Translations under genes and position numbers: made by a program | Notes under the pieces: generated by a model | The model's input: the letters and a program-made list of their open reading frames with translations, nothing else | The model's database searches: none | Told to the model about the DNA's origin: nothing | Part shown: in pieces, positions 51,683 through 63,651 of the stretch | Layout: every line of letters begins with the position of its first letter | Numbering within the stretch: the stretch's first letter is position 1 | From: Oikopleura dioica | Taxonomy: Eukaryota > Animalia > Chordata | Length of the DNA: 64,000 nt | NCBI GenBank assembly: GCA_907165135.1 | Contig: OU015568.1 | Span: 3,534,001 to 3,598,000 of the forward strand | Direction of reading: 5' to 3'

Positions 51683-51939
51683 AACACAAAACTGCAAGAA
51701 AACCAAAAATAATGCAATAAAAGAACATAAAAATAATGCGGAATGTCATTCTTACTTATGAGTGTTATTTCTTTTTTGACAAAATTCGATTTGTAGCAGC
51801 CCGTTAACTTTAAATATCACAGACATTATTCCTGAGATTCCTACACTATGGAATCTTATGACAAGATATTTACCATGCTCGTATAAAGGCGCGCGATCTA
51901 ATCGTTAGTTACCAGAAGAGAAAAGATTTTTTCGACGAA

Positions 51940-52510
51940 ATGAATTCAAAATTATATTTTCCGTACGATGCACCCGAATGCTACCTGAAAGAGGCTGAAA
52001 TTTGTCTATGGCTGACGTTTTGTTTGATAGTTCTTGGTGAAGTTCAAGATCAATTTCTTAAAAGAATTTGGTCTGGTGCAGAATCTAAAGCGCAGCGATT
52101 TTGCAGTGCTCATGGTAAGAATGCGAAGTTGTGCAAAATAGCCTCTAATTTATCATTCAGGAATAAGTGCTACGATATTTTGGCTTCCAGTTTACTGGGT
52201 TTGGTCACCAATTGTAATGGGAATTGCTTTGAGCTTGATGTTGATGTTAGTCTTATTTTCATTCAGAACGACCGTCACCTACGTCGTTTACTGGAGGAAG
52301 ATCAACGCCTCAGTCGCTGTCGCAGTGCAACAACCAGCTCAAGTTAGCGAAAGTCACCTTGAAAATGGCCAGAAAATTCACGTCCATCAAAATAGCGCTC
52401 CCAATCTACCCACGATAAAAGCTTGTATCCTGTTTCTCATCGTTGTTAATTTGGGCATTTGGGCCTGCTCTCTTGGATTTGTCGGTTTTATATTCACCTG
52501 CATTTTGTGA
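51940..52510 (+). CDS. Orphan ~4-TM membrane protein (family member 3), tandem paralog
   Basis: AEICLWLTFCLIVLGEVQDQFLKRIW...AHG|gtaag; ISATIFWLPVYW...YWRKINASVAVAVQQPAQV...LENGQKIHV...NLGIWACS. Confidence 0.75.
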
Positions 52511-52632
52511 GCAACTCGATTTTACAATAACAAAATATATTTTTCAAAAAACATGTAGAAAGGCAGAATGATTAATTGTCCGTGATTTGAGAGAATAAAA
52601 AGGTACATGTACTATTGAAGAACTACAGTTGA

Positions 52633-53387
52633 TTAGTCTCGTGAGAAGCATCGTGAAGCAACATCTCCAGTGAGCCATTTCAGATGTCCATTTAGTGCTT
52701 CTGATTCATCCTTGACTCCTAAAAATAGCCATGAAAAGCAGAAAGACAGCTTTGAGCTCTATACCTGAACATCCTCGTATCGACCAATGATGAGTTGTAA
52801 TGTCGTCTAATCCGAGAAGCTTTTGAATTTCATCGACGCTAGCAGCTCCTGGAAGGTCTTGTTTATTCGCCATTACAAGTAATGTCGCGCCATCTAGTCT
52901 TTCTTCCAACAGTAACTAATAAAACATTCTCCTTCTGCCATTTACTCATCTTTGGTCCCCACCTGAGAAAGCTCTTCTCTGCAAGTTTCCAATCTGGACC
53001 TATCGGAACAATCGACAACCCAGACGAGACCCTCTGTTTGTTCAAAATAGTTTTTCCAAAATGTCCGGATTGATTTTTGCCCTCCTACGTCCCAGACATT
53101 CACTTGATACGGCTAAAAACTTCTTTTTCGAAAGAAAAGGAATGATTTCAACCTGAGAGTCTCCTTCAAGCTCGATAGGAATAGTTTCAATGTTGAATCC
53201 GAGGGTCGGTTCGATGACATTCACATCTCTTCCTAGAATTTTCTAATGAAACAACGGTGAATCTTCTTGTCTCACCCATGATTTTCTTAACGATAGTCGT
53301 TTTACCAGCTCCATCGAGCCCTAGAATCAGCACGCGCATCTCTCGCTCTTCTTCTCTCAATTTTCGTATAATCGACAAAAGACCCAT
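52633..53387 (-). CDS. ARL2: ADP-ribosylation factor-like GTPase 2
   Basis: [31 protein letters not shown]; [10 protein letters not shown]; [10 protein letters not shown]; [20 protein letters not shown]. Confidence 0.92.
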
Positions 53388-53461
53388 TTCCGATTTTCTA
53401 TGAATGAAAAAGAAGTGAAACCATGAAAATGAAAAATGTTTTTCAGTGATAAACATGGAAT

Positions 53462-53900
53462 CTATACAGAGATGGTGGCAGCTTTTTTGCAAAGGTACTT
53501 GAATTGCTCGTCAGTCAGTTTTGTGGACATGATTTTCGAGGCGAAGGCTTCGATCATTTTCCCGTTAGCTTTGTTGATGAAAACGACGGCAGTGATCAGA
53601 TCGTCTTTTTTGGGAGTGTAAGAGCTTTTGCGAAGGAGGGCGGTGTGGTTGGTGATTTTGCATTTGAAGCCTTCGTTGTCGATGATCAGCTGTTTATCCG
53701 GAATGACTAGAAATGGAGTGTTATCAGGAAGAAGCTTAGAGACCACCCAAACCTGAAACAATCATTCCATAAATGAGCACCTCTTCTACTTCGATATCTT
53801 GCTCTCCAATCTTCAGAACGACGTTGCCATTCTTCATCGGTTTCGCGCCCTGAAGCTGATCTAATGTCACTCCTCTTAGCTTCTGTTTCTTCATCTAAAA
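53462..53900 (-). CDS. Protein (or 3' exons) of unknown function directly upstream of ARL2
   Basis: Exons ...[25 protein letters not shown] and [10 protein letters not shown]...KKAATISV*. May be a separate gene or the end of the 54085-55654 gene. Confidence 0.45.
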
Positions 53901-54084
53901 TTGTAAAATAGAAGCTCAAATGCTTTTTCCTTGTTGTTTCCAATTTTCAGAAAAGGGTCGGTGAATCTATAAAGCAGTATAAAATAAGAATAAGGGTCGG
54001 ATGATCTTTTAAACAGATGAAGTAGTTCAGTTTGAGTTTTGATAGCTAGATTTGTTACTGGGCAAGGGTTGAGTTTAGAGTTTT

Positions 54085-55654
54085 TCATAGGGCAAGTTGA
54101 GCGTGCTGCCGCATAATCTCTGAATACACATTTGACGGTTTGAGACTTGGAATAAGATTGATTGCTGCGTTGAGTTGGAGACGCGCTCGATAAGAAGATG
54201 ATTTAGCACAGGATGCCCTAGAATTATATTTCAGATATTCTAAGAAAATTGCAGCAGTCTCACCTTTGGGAACTTGGTCTATCGGAAGACAGGGCTTTGG
54301 CTCGGTGTAGAATCGCTGGTAAAGCTCATTCAGTTGCTTCTCGAATTTGGTATTTGGAATCTTGTCGAAGATCCAAAAATTCTCCATCAACAGAGCACAG
54401 GCTAAATTTCCCAACACAGACCGTTCTAGAGCATCAGCGATCTGTGACTTTCTTGAGAGCTTAAATTCGATATACTCGTATTGAATTCAGAAAAGAATAG
54501 ATACCTTGACAAGTGGTTGTTTATTGAAGTCAATTTTCTTCTTGAGATGTCTGAGTTTCTTCTGAATCCACTTTGGAATTGTCAGAAAAAGCATGCCTTG
54601 CTCGTATTCAAATCTATGCACCTCCGGTTCTTTGTGTTCGCAAAGAAATTTGACAGTTATCTTTTTAAATCCCTCCGCAGCGATAGTTGTGTTCGCAACC
54701 ATTTTTAGCAGCTTCGTTTTCTATTGAATGGGAAATTTAAGAAAGAAGTTCACTTCAAATCATCCTTTCATACCTTTTTCTCTAAGTCCTTCTTCCATCG
54801 ATCGACTGTATTGTCAGGCTTTACAGAAAATCGCCCAAAACAGCCATCGATAGTCCCTCCGTCCGGGTCGAACGACATTTGAGTCCACTCACTCCAGTCG
54901 ATAGTTTGCAAGTCTACTTCTTGTAGTTGAGATCTAAGACGGCATTTTGAACGATCAAGCCTTAAATAAAGCCCTAGCTACTAAAAGCCCTTCCTTTCAA
55001 TTTTCTTCCACTTTCCCGTTTTCTTTTGCGCTTTTCCATCCGCACTGACCGAGTTTGTCTCCCCCCTTACGGCCATGTTCTGCACTTTGACCTTGAAATG
55101 CGCGTATTCGGGCACAATAAGTGGTGGGAGAGTTTTCGTTGGAGAACGGTTGCGAATTTCTTCAAGCATTTTCACGAGGTCAAATGGGACTTCTTGAAGG
55201 CCAGAGGAGCTTCCTGGGGCTTGGTTTTCCTTCTGAACGACGGCAGAAGAGCTCGGTATTGAGAAAGAAGATGTGAGACGAGAAGATCGACCAGAAGTGC
55301 TCGAGCTATTGTCAGAATCTTTCAATAAGGATATCAACAGACATCTTTCGCCGTAAGAAACAAAAAATGATATTATCCCTTTCCTATACAAATCACATTC
55401 TCTTCATCCTCATCTGGAGCCTCTTGTTTCATCCCTTCAATGAATTCTGCTTGCGAAATCTCATCGATCTTTCGCTTCTTACTTTCTGGCTCTTGATTTT
55501 CGATTTTGTTGATGACTGGATAAACTGGAGGCTTTTGAACTGACTGTAAGTAAGGCATCGCGGCTGGATTTATGACTTGTTCTCCCCGGTCATTAACGTA
55601 GAACAAGTCCAACCCTTCCGGGAGAGAGAAGGTTTTCATCCCACTCGAGCTCAT
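54085..55654 (-). CDS. Multi-exon protein of unknown function
   Basis: ORFs 55373-55654, 54981-55391, 54487-54702 and 54085-54417 are co-oriented with short GT-AG introns; there is an acceptor just before the ATG. Confidence 0.55.
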
Positions 55655-55892
55655 TCTAGAGCAGAATGGAGAAAGAAGGGTTGAATTATATAATTTTACT
55701 TGAATTGCACATATAATAAGATTGTGATGAAAGAAAACTTTACAGAATGAGATAGGAATAGCATAATAAAGAGAACTGGAAAATGGAGAACAGGATGCTA
55801 GAGAAGAAAATACTCATAAAATAAATTTATTGTACAGATTTCATTTTGATCTATTAGTGCTTGGTTTTCGCGGATTATTCTGCCAATATTTT

Positions 55893-58800
55893 TTAACCAA
55901 GTAAGTTGGCAATGTCCGCTGAACTAAGCTTTTTAGCTTGAGATGATTGACTTGTTGCATTGTGATTTACTGTAGGCATCAAGAAGCCACCATTCATTCC
56001 GTTATTTTGGACAGCAGGGGTTGATTGAATGTTTCCCATTCCTTGAGCGGTCATCGGATTGAACCAGCTGGGCTGGTTTGGATTACTTTGAGGCTAAACA
56101 GAGATAATGAGACGTTACATCATTGGTTTTTGAAGTACCTGGGGGGCTGTTAGTGACCCGAAAGAATTTGAGTTTGATAAGGTTGAAGAATTGTTCGACA
56201 TGCCTCCTAGTGACAATGTCATGGAGTTTGACATTGTTGACATTGGCATCGTAGAAATTGGCATCGACATTGGTGTTGACATCATAGGCGACATTCCCGT
56301 AGACATTGGAGAAGACATCGACATGTTAGACATTCCAGTTGTTGGAGGAAGAGCTTTTTGATTGAACAGACCGACTCCACCTGATTGATTTGCAGCAGTC
56401 CCTATTCCAGAATTCATCCCTCCCATCATACTATTGCTATTGCCACTCATCTGCGACCTCGTCATATTCATCATGTTCTTGTTCATAAGGGTCGATGTCA
56501 GGTCTTTTGGTTTTTGACTTTGAGTCGTTGGCTTGCTTTGGCTTGAATTATTGGACTGGACAAGCTGGGGTTGAGACTTGAACTGTTTCTCCATCTCTCT
56601 TCGTTTTGCTTCTGCCATTTTCTGCTCCATACTTAATCCGCCAGAACTACTTGCCACCATTGGCGCCGCTGTTGAACTCGTTTCAAGGCCGAAAAGAGCG
56701 TTTGAATTCATACTGTCTCCAGAACTTTGTGCCCCGCGGATTGCGCTCAAAGAAACATCACCATCTGGAAAAAAATAACTCTTTTTTTGGATGGTGGTTG
56801 TTTCTCACCTTTCTTGCCAGAGTTCATACTCTTGAGCTTATTCGTCTGTTCTTGCTCGATTTTGTCGAGCATTAATCTGATGACCCTCATGAATCGTTGA
56901 AATTGATCCAGAGTTAGCTGGGAGTCCATAGACAAAGGTAGTAACGTCGGCAATGCATTATTAGCTGAAAAAATGGCTATTTGAGAATAAAAAGATTATT
57001 CTACCGATGAATTCTTTCGTCAAGCCGAGCTTCTCATTCGTCAGGACTGTCTGGTAGACACCAAGCGTCGCGACAAGAACCCCCGGAGTTCTTTCGATCA
57101 TTTTTGGCACCCAGTCGAGCACTGAGTCCATAATGAACCACCTGTCCAGTCTTGGAACCAAATTTCCAAGAGAAACGAGGATCGAGACCTTGACGGAGGA
57201 TGTGCAGCTTTCGGAGAGCGCAGCAGCTTTAATTTTCGGAACAAGAGATGATTTGATGGTTGCTTCGTCCAGATGCTCCGCCATTTTTGGAATGACTTCG
57301 AGACTTTTAGCCTAAAAATGGATCATTTGAAGACATTTGAAAATGCCAACCTGTAAGTGGCTCTGTTTTTCCTGACCAAGAGCTTTTCCTAGCAAAGGAA
57401 GAAGATAATTCCGCACATGTTCTGGTTTCTTTGCTTCAGTCATTTTCTGGAGCATCAAAGGAAGATTTTCGATCATAATCGAGCATGCTTTGGGACTGTT
57501 GGTCGAGAAGAGGTCTGATATTACTGGAAGGATCTTCTCAACAAAGTCATCTCCAGAAGATAATTCGATAATCTTGAAGACGGAAGGGAGGATTGTTGGT
57601 AAAACTGAAAAGTTTTAATTGTTCCTCAATGATGAGATTTTACCTTTTGGATTCGCGAATTCTGGCTGCATGGAACTCAAAACTAACCCCGTCCTTACAC
57701 GACTCGGTAATTCTCCAAGAACATTTGGCAGGTCAGAAAAGAATTGAATCTTCTCCTCGACTGGGCGCTGTAGAAGAGTGTCCAAGTATTGCAAGGTGAG
57801 TGCCCCCGCTGATTGAAAGAACGAAATGCCCCTGAGCTGATCCGGTGTGGGGCGGAGGTCGATTGAAAGACTCATCAGCATTTTACAGTGATCCCGAACT
57901 TCTGCTGGGAGGCGGTGAAGGAGAGAGGGGGAGTTGTACTTTCCCTTGTTGTTGGTCACGGTCCTGGAATTGATCGAGTTAGTCAAGGGATACCCATTAA
58001 AAGCAGACATACCTTTTTGCATCATATGGTGAACAATCAATTATCCTCTGCCCTGTATAACATTCATACAGCATCACTCCAAGACTAAAACAATCGCTCG
58101 ACTTCGTCAAAATCTTCGTCTCGAAAAGCTCCGGCGCTAGAATGCTCGGTTCAACGAGCGAAATCGTAGGATTGTTTTCCTCGAATTTGAAATTGTCGTC
58201 TTCGAAAGATTTTGAGAACTCGAGGCCGCTCAATTTCCAGCCGCCCATTTCTGTGACCGCCACCGCGTTTGTGGTCAAATTGCAGTGAAAGATTTTTGCT
58301 GATTCGTGGATGAAACCGATCGCTTCGATTATCTAAGAAAAAAAAAAGAGATAAATCTTAAGAAATGTTTCTTTTTTGGAAGGGAGGTAATTTCTGCGCT
58401 ATTTAAAATATTTTTTATAGAAAATTACCTGTAGTAAACCGTAGCGCATTTCTACATCAAATAATCCAGAGCTCGAATCTGTTTCAACTTCTTTATTCTT
58501 CAACAAATCCGCCAGAGATCCTTGAACTCGCTCCGTGGCGAAAACAAGAGAATACGCACTTTCTTCGAGTCTTCGCTCTACCGAAAGAATTCGCGGATGC
58601 TGGAGACGGCAAAGCGAAAGCACTCCATGCTTCAACGACGTAATAATTTCCTCCTTTTTTGCTTTGTCCAAGCCTTGCAGATGCTTGTTCTTGTCAAAGA
58701 TCCAGACCGAGCAGCGCGTCTTCGACGTTTTCTTCACGGCGTCGTAAATGTCCCAGAGACCATGGGCACCGCCACAGCCGCGGGGATCCTGAACTTCGTA

Positions 58801-58908
58801 GTCTCGGAGAGCCGGGTTCCCAGGAAGAGCCCGGTTCACTCCATCCCGGGTTACGGCGACTGCCGTGTTGAGTCCAGACTGGAATGTCGAAGCCAAACGC
58901 TTTAACAT
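55893..58908 (-). CDS. SCYL2: SCY1-like pseudokinase 2 (CVAK104)
   Basis: GNPALRDYEV..GCGGAHGLWDIYDAVKKTSKTRCSVWIFDK; LCRLQHPRILSV; FATERVQGSL; GGWKLSGLEF; LQYLDTLLQRPVEEKIQFFSDL; HEAT-like region; Met/Ser/Asn-rich low-complexity tail ending ADIANLLG*. Confidence 0.9.
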
Positions 58909-58910
58909 TT

Positions 58911-58935
58911 CTGAAGCAAAGAATGATGAACGGAT
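58911..58935 (-). promoter_or_regulatory. Candidate SL trans-splice acceptor upstream of SCYL2
   Basis: Pyrimidine tract TCATTCTTTGCTTCAG ends 2 nt before the ATG. Equivalent acceptors lie before the ATGs at 55654 and 53387. Confidence 0.5.
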
Positions 58936-59099
58936 GTCTGAGATCTTTCAAAAATAGGCAATAAACGGTTTTAAATCAAAGGCTTCTATAGATAAATTTT
59001 GACAAGAAACTGTGATCAAGTAATTTATTCAAGTAAGTTCTGCCGGTTCAAAATTTTTTCAACATCGTTTCTTCTCACAAACTGTTCTTTTCCCTCTAA

Positions 59100-60106
59100 A
59101 ATTTGCACTACAGCGTGTTTCTGCAGCAACTCTCTCAAATCCTTCGTCTCGTGAATCGTCAAAAAGGCAATGTTTGTTTCTGCTTGCGAAGAAACGGACA
59201 AATCGAAACATTCGTGAATTATCTAAAGAGGTACCTCTTGAATCAGGGCCGTATTCATTTAGCAGTCATTTTCACCTGTAATAACTTGGCAACAAAAACA
59301 ATCGCTGCATGTAAATTCTGTCCACTCGCAAGATCATCCGTCAAATTAGCCAAAAACTTGTAGGGATCGCCATTTTCCGCTCGTTTCACATGATCTTCAA
59401 GCACTGGAAGACTTTCTTGAAAAATTGCTCGTTGCACATTTCGATCAGGAGGATTCCGCACATTGAAAAACTTCCAAATTGCATCGCAACGAGAAATATC
59501 TTCGGGACTTGATGGAATTCGAGCGCGGATATTCGTATTTTCTTGTTTTGGGGATGGCAAAATGAGACTTTCTCACAAATACTAAGGATCTAAGTCTCGG
59601 TTCCGGATCTGTGTAGAAACCTGACTCAGGTTTCAGCACAGTCAAATGAGCCTGGACATAGAATAGCGCTTTTTCACGGCGCTCCAAAAGTATAAGTGTC
59701 ATCCCGCTCCGATAGCTCTAGAGATATTCATCTGGCTAATCCTAAAGCTCTGATTCTGCAATTTATTCGATTTCATGAACGGCAAAAATCGCTTCCATCT
59801 TTCTTCATTGAAAATTTCGACCGCTCTTTTCGCAAACTCCGGTTTTTCGTAAAACACAAAGATTTCTCCGTTTGTATACGATCTGACCCTCGAAGTCATC
59901 GGCTGTGCGCTTTTTGAGCTGGATTCAGAGCTGAATTCTTCGTCGTAGATGATTTTCAAATTTGGCCCGTGGCGTTTGTCGGCGACAAAGTCGGACGGGA
60001 CGTTCAGGTGGTAGGTCGGAACCATCAAGGACTGCCCATCAGAGGCGAAGATGGGCGCGCCTTTGTGCTCACGGATGTAGCCCGCCAGGGAGAACATGCT
60101 TTTCAT
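59100..60106 (-). CDS. Protein of unknown function with a possible degenerate RRM segment; 3' end approximate
   Basis: GEIFVFYEKPEFAKRAVEIFNEE resembles RNP1 plus helix; ORFs 59699-60106 and 59255-59560. Confidence 0.4.
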
Positions 60107-60191
60107 GGTTTCTTTATAACGAAATGGGCGTCCGAACCCCTCGATTTACCTTTAATTAGAGGAGCCGCTTGCGTCTTCCAGGAACTGATAA

Positions 60192-61559
60192 TTAAAGCTC
60201 GAAGCCGCAAGCGGCTTTTCGATTTGAAATGACTAAGAAAGAAAAGCCATTCCTTCGGAGCTGAATAGGCGTAAAAAATCCACTGAAGGGGAAGAACGTA
60301 TCATCTTCTAGCAAATTAAATATGACCATACAGCTGTGATCGTATTTGGTATCAATATCGGCATGATTGACGCTTTTTGCCAAGAACTCTTTGACGACTT
60401 TCGTCACCCAAGCCATCCACTTCGTTTGAATTTCTAACTTCAAGTTGCCGCGATAAGAATAGGACATTTGCGCAATTGCACGCTAGAAAATTGAATTCAT
60501 AATCGGATTAAAAATTTATAGAGCTCTAATAAGTGATCGCTTCTGATCACAGTCAAAATTTCAGGATGCTACTTGTCCTGATAGTAGTAATATAGTGACC
60601 AACGATACAACTGATAAAAATTTCGACATTCAACGCTAGAATGTATTCTTATGATGTTTAGGAAAAGTAAATGCAGACCATAAATCAGCTTTGAGTTTTG
60701 AAAAATCGTAAATTTTGACTGTAGAAAAACTTGGTCACACTACTATAACTACTATCAGGACAAGTTGTATCCTGAAATTTTGACTGTGATCAGAAGCGAT
60801 CACTCGTATCTTACAGTATAATCTTCCACAGAGTTCACCGTGTACTTCTGATCCATCAACACTGTTTCGAGGAGGGACGCACTCGGATATCCTTCAATTT
60901 CAAAGCCGCAAATCTTTTCTAGTGCTTCGATGTGTTCTTTTCTGATCGTTTCGAATCTTTCTTTCGCGTTTAGCATGTTTCTTCCTTCGAAACGGAGCGT
61001 TGTTGAGGAAAAGATGCTTTCAAAAGTTGAAAAATGACGCTACGAGCCGGTTTGAGCCGCGCATGAGCCGCGAAAGAGCGGCTATCAGGAAGTTTCAACC
61101 CTTTCCTTTCCATTTCTTCCGACAAATTCGGCTCATTCCGCTCGATTTCCAAATGCGAGTCGAAATTGTAGACCGGCTTTCCAGAGAGACGAATTTTCTT
61201 GCTCAGCACTTCCAGTGCTTTTTCGTTTTTTGAGTAAATAATTGGATTCGAAAATGATGGGGAAGCGATTCGGAGGCCAGTTCGAATGTTGTGGTAACGA
61301 TCGTGGCCAAGAATTTTTGAAGAACTCCATGCTCTAGAATCGATTTTCAGGAATGCCGTCGTGGAGAGCCCCACGAGGCCTTTTCTTTCATCGAAAAAAG
61401 CGCTCTTACTTACTGAAACTTCTGAGAAACTCGTTTTGTTTCTCTTTCCAAAACCTTCTTCAATTCATTTTCATCCCCCTGCGAACTGTCAAGTGTAATT
61501 TCTCTCACTGGCGGAATTCTTTTTCGTAAACGCACTGTTTTTGATACATTTTTGAACAT
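60192..61559 (-). CDS. Multi-exon protein of unknown function with basic N-terminus (possible mitochondrial presequence)
   Basis: MFKNVSKTVRLRKRIPPVRE... splices via a short GT-AG intron into ORF 60970-61374, then further exons including ORF 60192-60467. Confidence 0.45.
60532..60804. mobile_element. Intronic MITE (~273 bp)
   Basis: AGTGATCGCTTCTGATCACAGTCAAAATTTCAGGAT...TTGTCCTGATAGTAGT present as an inverted pair. No TSD identified. Confidence 0.75.
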
Positions 61560-61685
61560 CCCCTATTTTTTCGTGTTTTCAAATAAATGCGCGAGCCAAC
61601 CGGAGCGCTGTGAGAACCTGCTATTCTCGCTCTCATAAGCGGGGCTCTGGAATGAGTTTACCCGTTAAAATCGGTACCTCTTGGT

Positions 61686-62018
61686 TCATTGGTATTTATT
61701 CTGAATTAATTCATAAGAGGACAGAGTCTCAGTTCTTTCTTCTGAAGTCAAGATTATCTCGAATAACTCTTCGTAGCATTTTAAACCAGCCGATATGCTT
61801 GCGGTATCTCTCAAGAAGTACTGAAAACAAAATAATGAATTGTCAATACCATAAATACTCTTACGCTGATCATGATTTCTTTGAACTTCATCGATGCTCC
61901 TTCTGGTTAGATCATGACTATTTCCATCATCGATCCTTGTAGTCAAGATCGACTTGCTGAGAGCACTGGATGAAAAATGTTGTATGAAAAAGATGGTGAA
62001 CAAAGAAACGAATTTCAT
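61686..62018 (-). CDS. Small secreted protein, possible peptide precursor
   Basis: Intronless 110 aa; signal-like MKFVSLFTIFFIQHFSSSALS; RR and RK sites; two Cys. Confidence 0.5.
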   Translation of the reverse strand: MKFVSLFTIFFIQHFSSSALSKSILTTRIDDGNSHDLTRRSIDEVQRNHDQRKSIYGIDNSLFCFQYFLRDTASISAGLKCYEELFEIILTSEERTETLSSYELIQNKYQ

Positions 62019-62302
62019 TTTTTTATTTCTGTTTTCCAGGGTTTAAAACCGACAATTTATACGGAAAGTGAAGACAACAGATTTATTAGTGCATGGACGA
62101 GATTATCGTTAATGCTGTTCTCATTTTTTGACGCTTATTTTATTAATAATCAATATGGTGACCTTTTTCTTTCGTTCCTATGACCTTCTTTAATGCGTAA
62201 TGTTTGTGCAATATATCATTTCCTTGGCAAACAGTACTCATCAGGCGCGAGGTGCATTTCCAAGCTTATTTACAAACGCTCTCCTAGAGACGGCGACTTT
62301 AA

Positions 62303-62713
62303 ATGACAACGATTTTAGAGGAAACGCTCTGGCTTCTTTACACCTGTTATGCTCTTGCAGCACTTGCTGGGATTCTTGCATTGGTACTTATTGGGGCGCT
62401 TATTGTCAAGCTCATTTGCGGAGCTTCAATTCTCTGCTGTTGCGTGAAGAAATCTCGAATCTATCCCGATGGAACTGTGAAAGAAGAATCCTGTTGCACC
62501 ACTTGCTGTTGCTGGTGCTGTCGAAAATCGAAACCCTACTACCCTCCTCCTCCAATTCAATATGTTCATATGGAGCAACCAGTTGCTCATCCTCCAGTTT
62601 ATCCCCCTGCTCAAGAAAAAGCTACCGATCTTCCACCATCCTATGAAGAAGTCCAAGAAGTCGAGAAAGTCAAGAAGACAGGAAAAAAGAAGAAGAACAA
62701 AAGAAGAGAATAA
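62303..62713 (+). CDS. Intronless Cys-rich single-pass protein with PPxY motifs (paralog of 50279-50629)
   Basis: TM segment, ILCCCV..YPDGTVKEESCCTTCCCWCC, PPVY and PPSYEE motifs, polybasic tail. Confidence 0.78.
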   Translation: MTTILEETLWLLYTCYALAALAGILALVLIGALIVKLICGASILCCCVKKSRIYPDGTVKEESCCTTCCCWCCRKSKPYYPPPPIQYVHMEQPVAHPPVYPPAQEKATDLPPSYEEVQEVEKVKKTGKKKKNKRRE

Positions 62714-63651
62714 TGAATATCCTCCTTGATCCCCATTTTCCAACCCTATGAAAATCGACAGATTTGAGGGCTGTTTTCTTTGCTCGATGAAGTTCATTTT
62801 TTTTATCTGAGAGCAATCAAATTTATTGAAAGAAAGTCTTGTTTGTTTGAAATGTTTATTTAAAGTCTGAGAAGTCAGAAAAAAGTAAAAAAGTGAAAAT
62901 ACTTAGGTAAACGCACGGTCAGAAATCATTATAAAAAAAGGCGAAAGAAGATTTTTTTCTTTTTGAAAGTTGAACTTGATCGAGAAGATAGGGACGAAAG
63001 AAAATTTGTTTTTGCTGATGAGTATTTACAAAAAAGTAGATAGTCATAACTTGACTCATAAGATTGAATTTAAACGAAAAGAAGTAAAATAAAAAAATAG
63101 TCGTCAAAAATATATACAGAAAAAAAAAGAAAACTTGGGTTTGTTTTCAGCAGTTTTGAACAGGGAAAACAGGAAAAAGGGGATGTCGGAAATTGGGAAG
63201 GAAAAAGGCTGAAAAAGGGAGAGGGATGAGATGTTCTGATTAGTAAGGCGCGAATCTTTGAAGTCCTCGTTGAAGCTAAAAGTGATTGATTAGGATTGAA
63301 ATTTTTCTTTAGAAAAAATAGTATGGCATGCAATTTTCGGCATTCAAATGATTGGAAAATGGATTCATCAATATTGTTTGTGAAAGATTTTTTGAGTGGT
63401 GCGAATTTTATGTAAAGATTTTTTCGTGCATATAAATGGAGTAAAATGAATGGTTCTTCATTTTTAGTGTTTCTACTAACTATTTTTTTCATGCGTGGAA
63501 TTTAGGAGAATGATAAACTGGCGATTTTAGATTCGAAAACACCCTTTTTTATGAAAAAGAATCAAAACATGATTTAATAATTATCTCATGCTGATTCCGA
63601 AATGATCATTCACGGCATTCTCTAGCTATTTGCTTACCCAATAAGATGTCT

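Noticed and set aside
53891-54088. ATGA stop/start overlap suggesting translational coupling
   Set aside because: The downstream ORF reads like intron or UTR sequence, and bacterial-type coupling is not expected here; likely chance.
58522-58905. Plus-strand ORFs overlapping SCYL2 exon 1
   Set aside because: Antisense shadows of a GC-richer conserved coding exon.
62919-63492. Phe/Lys-rich ORFs
   Set aside because: They arise from A/T homopolymer-rich non-coding sequence.
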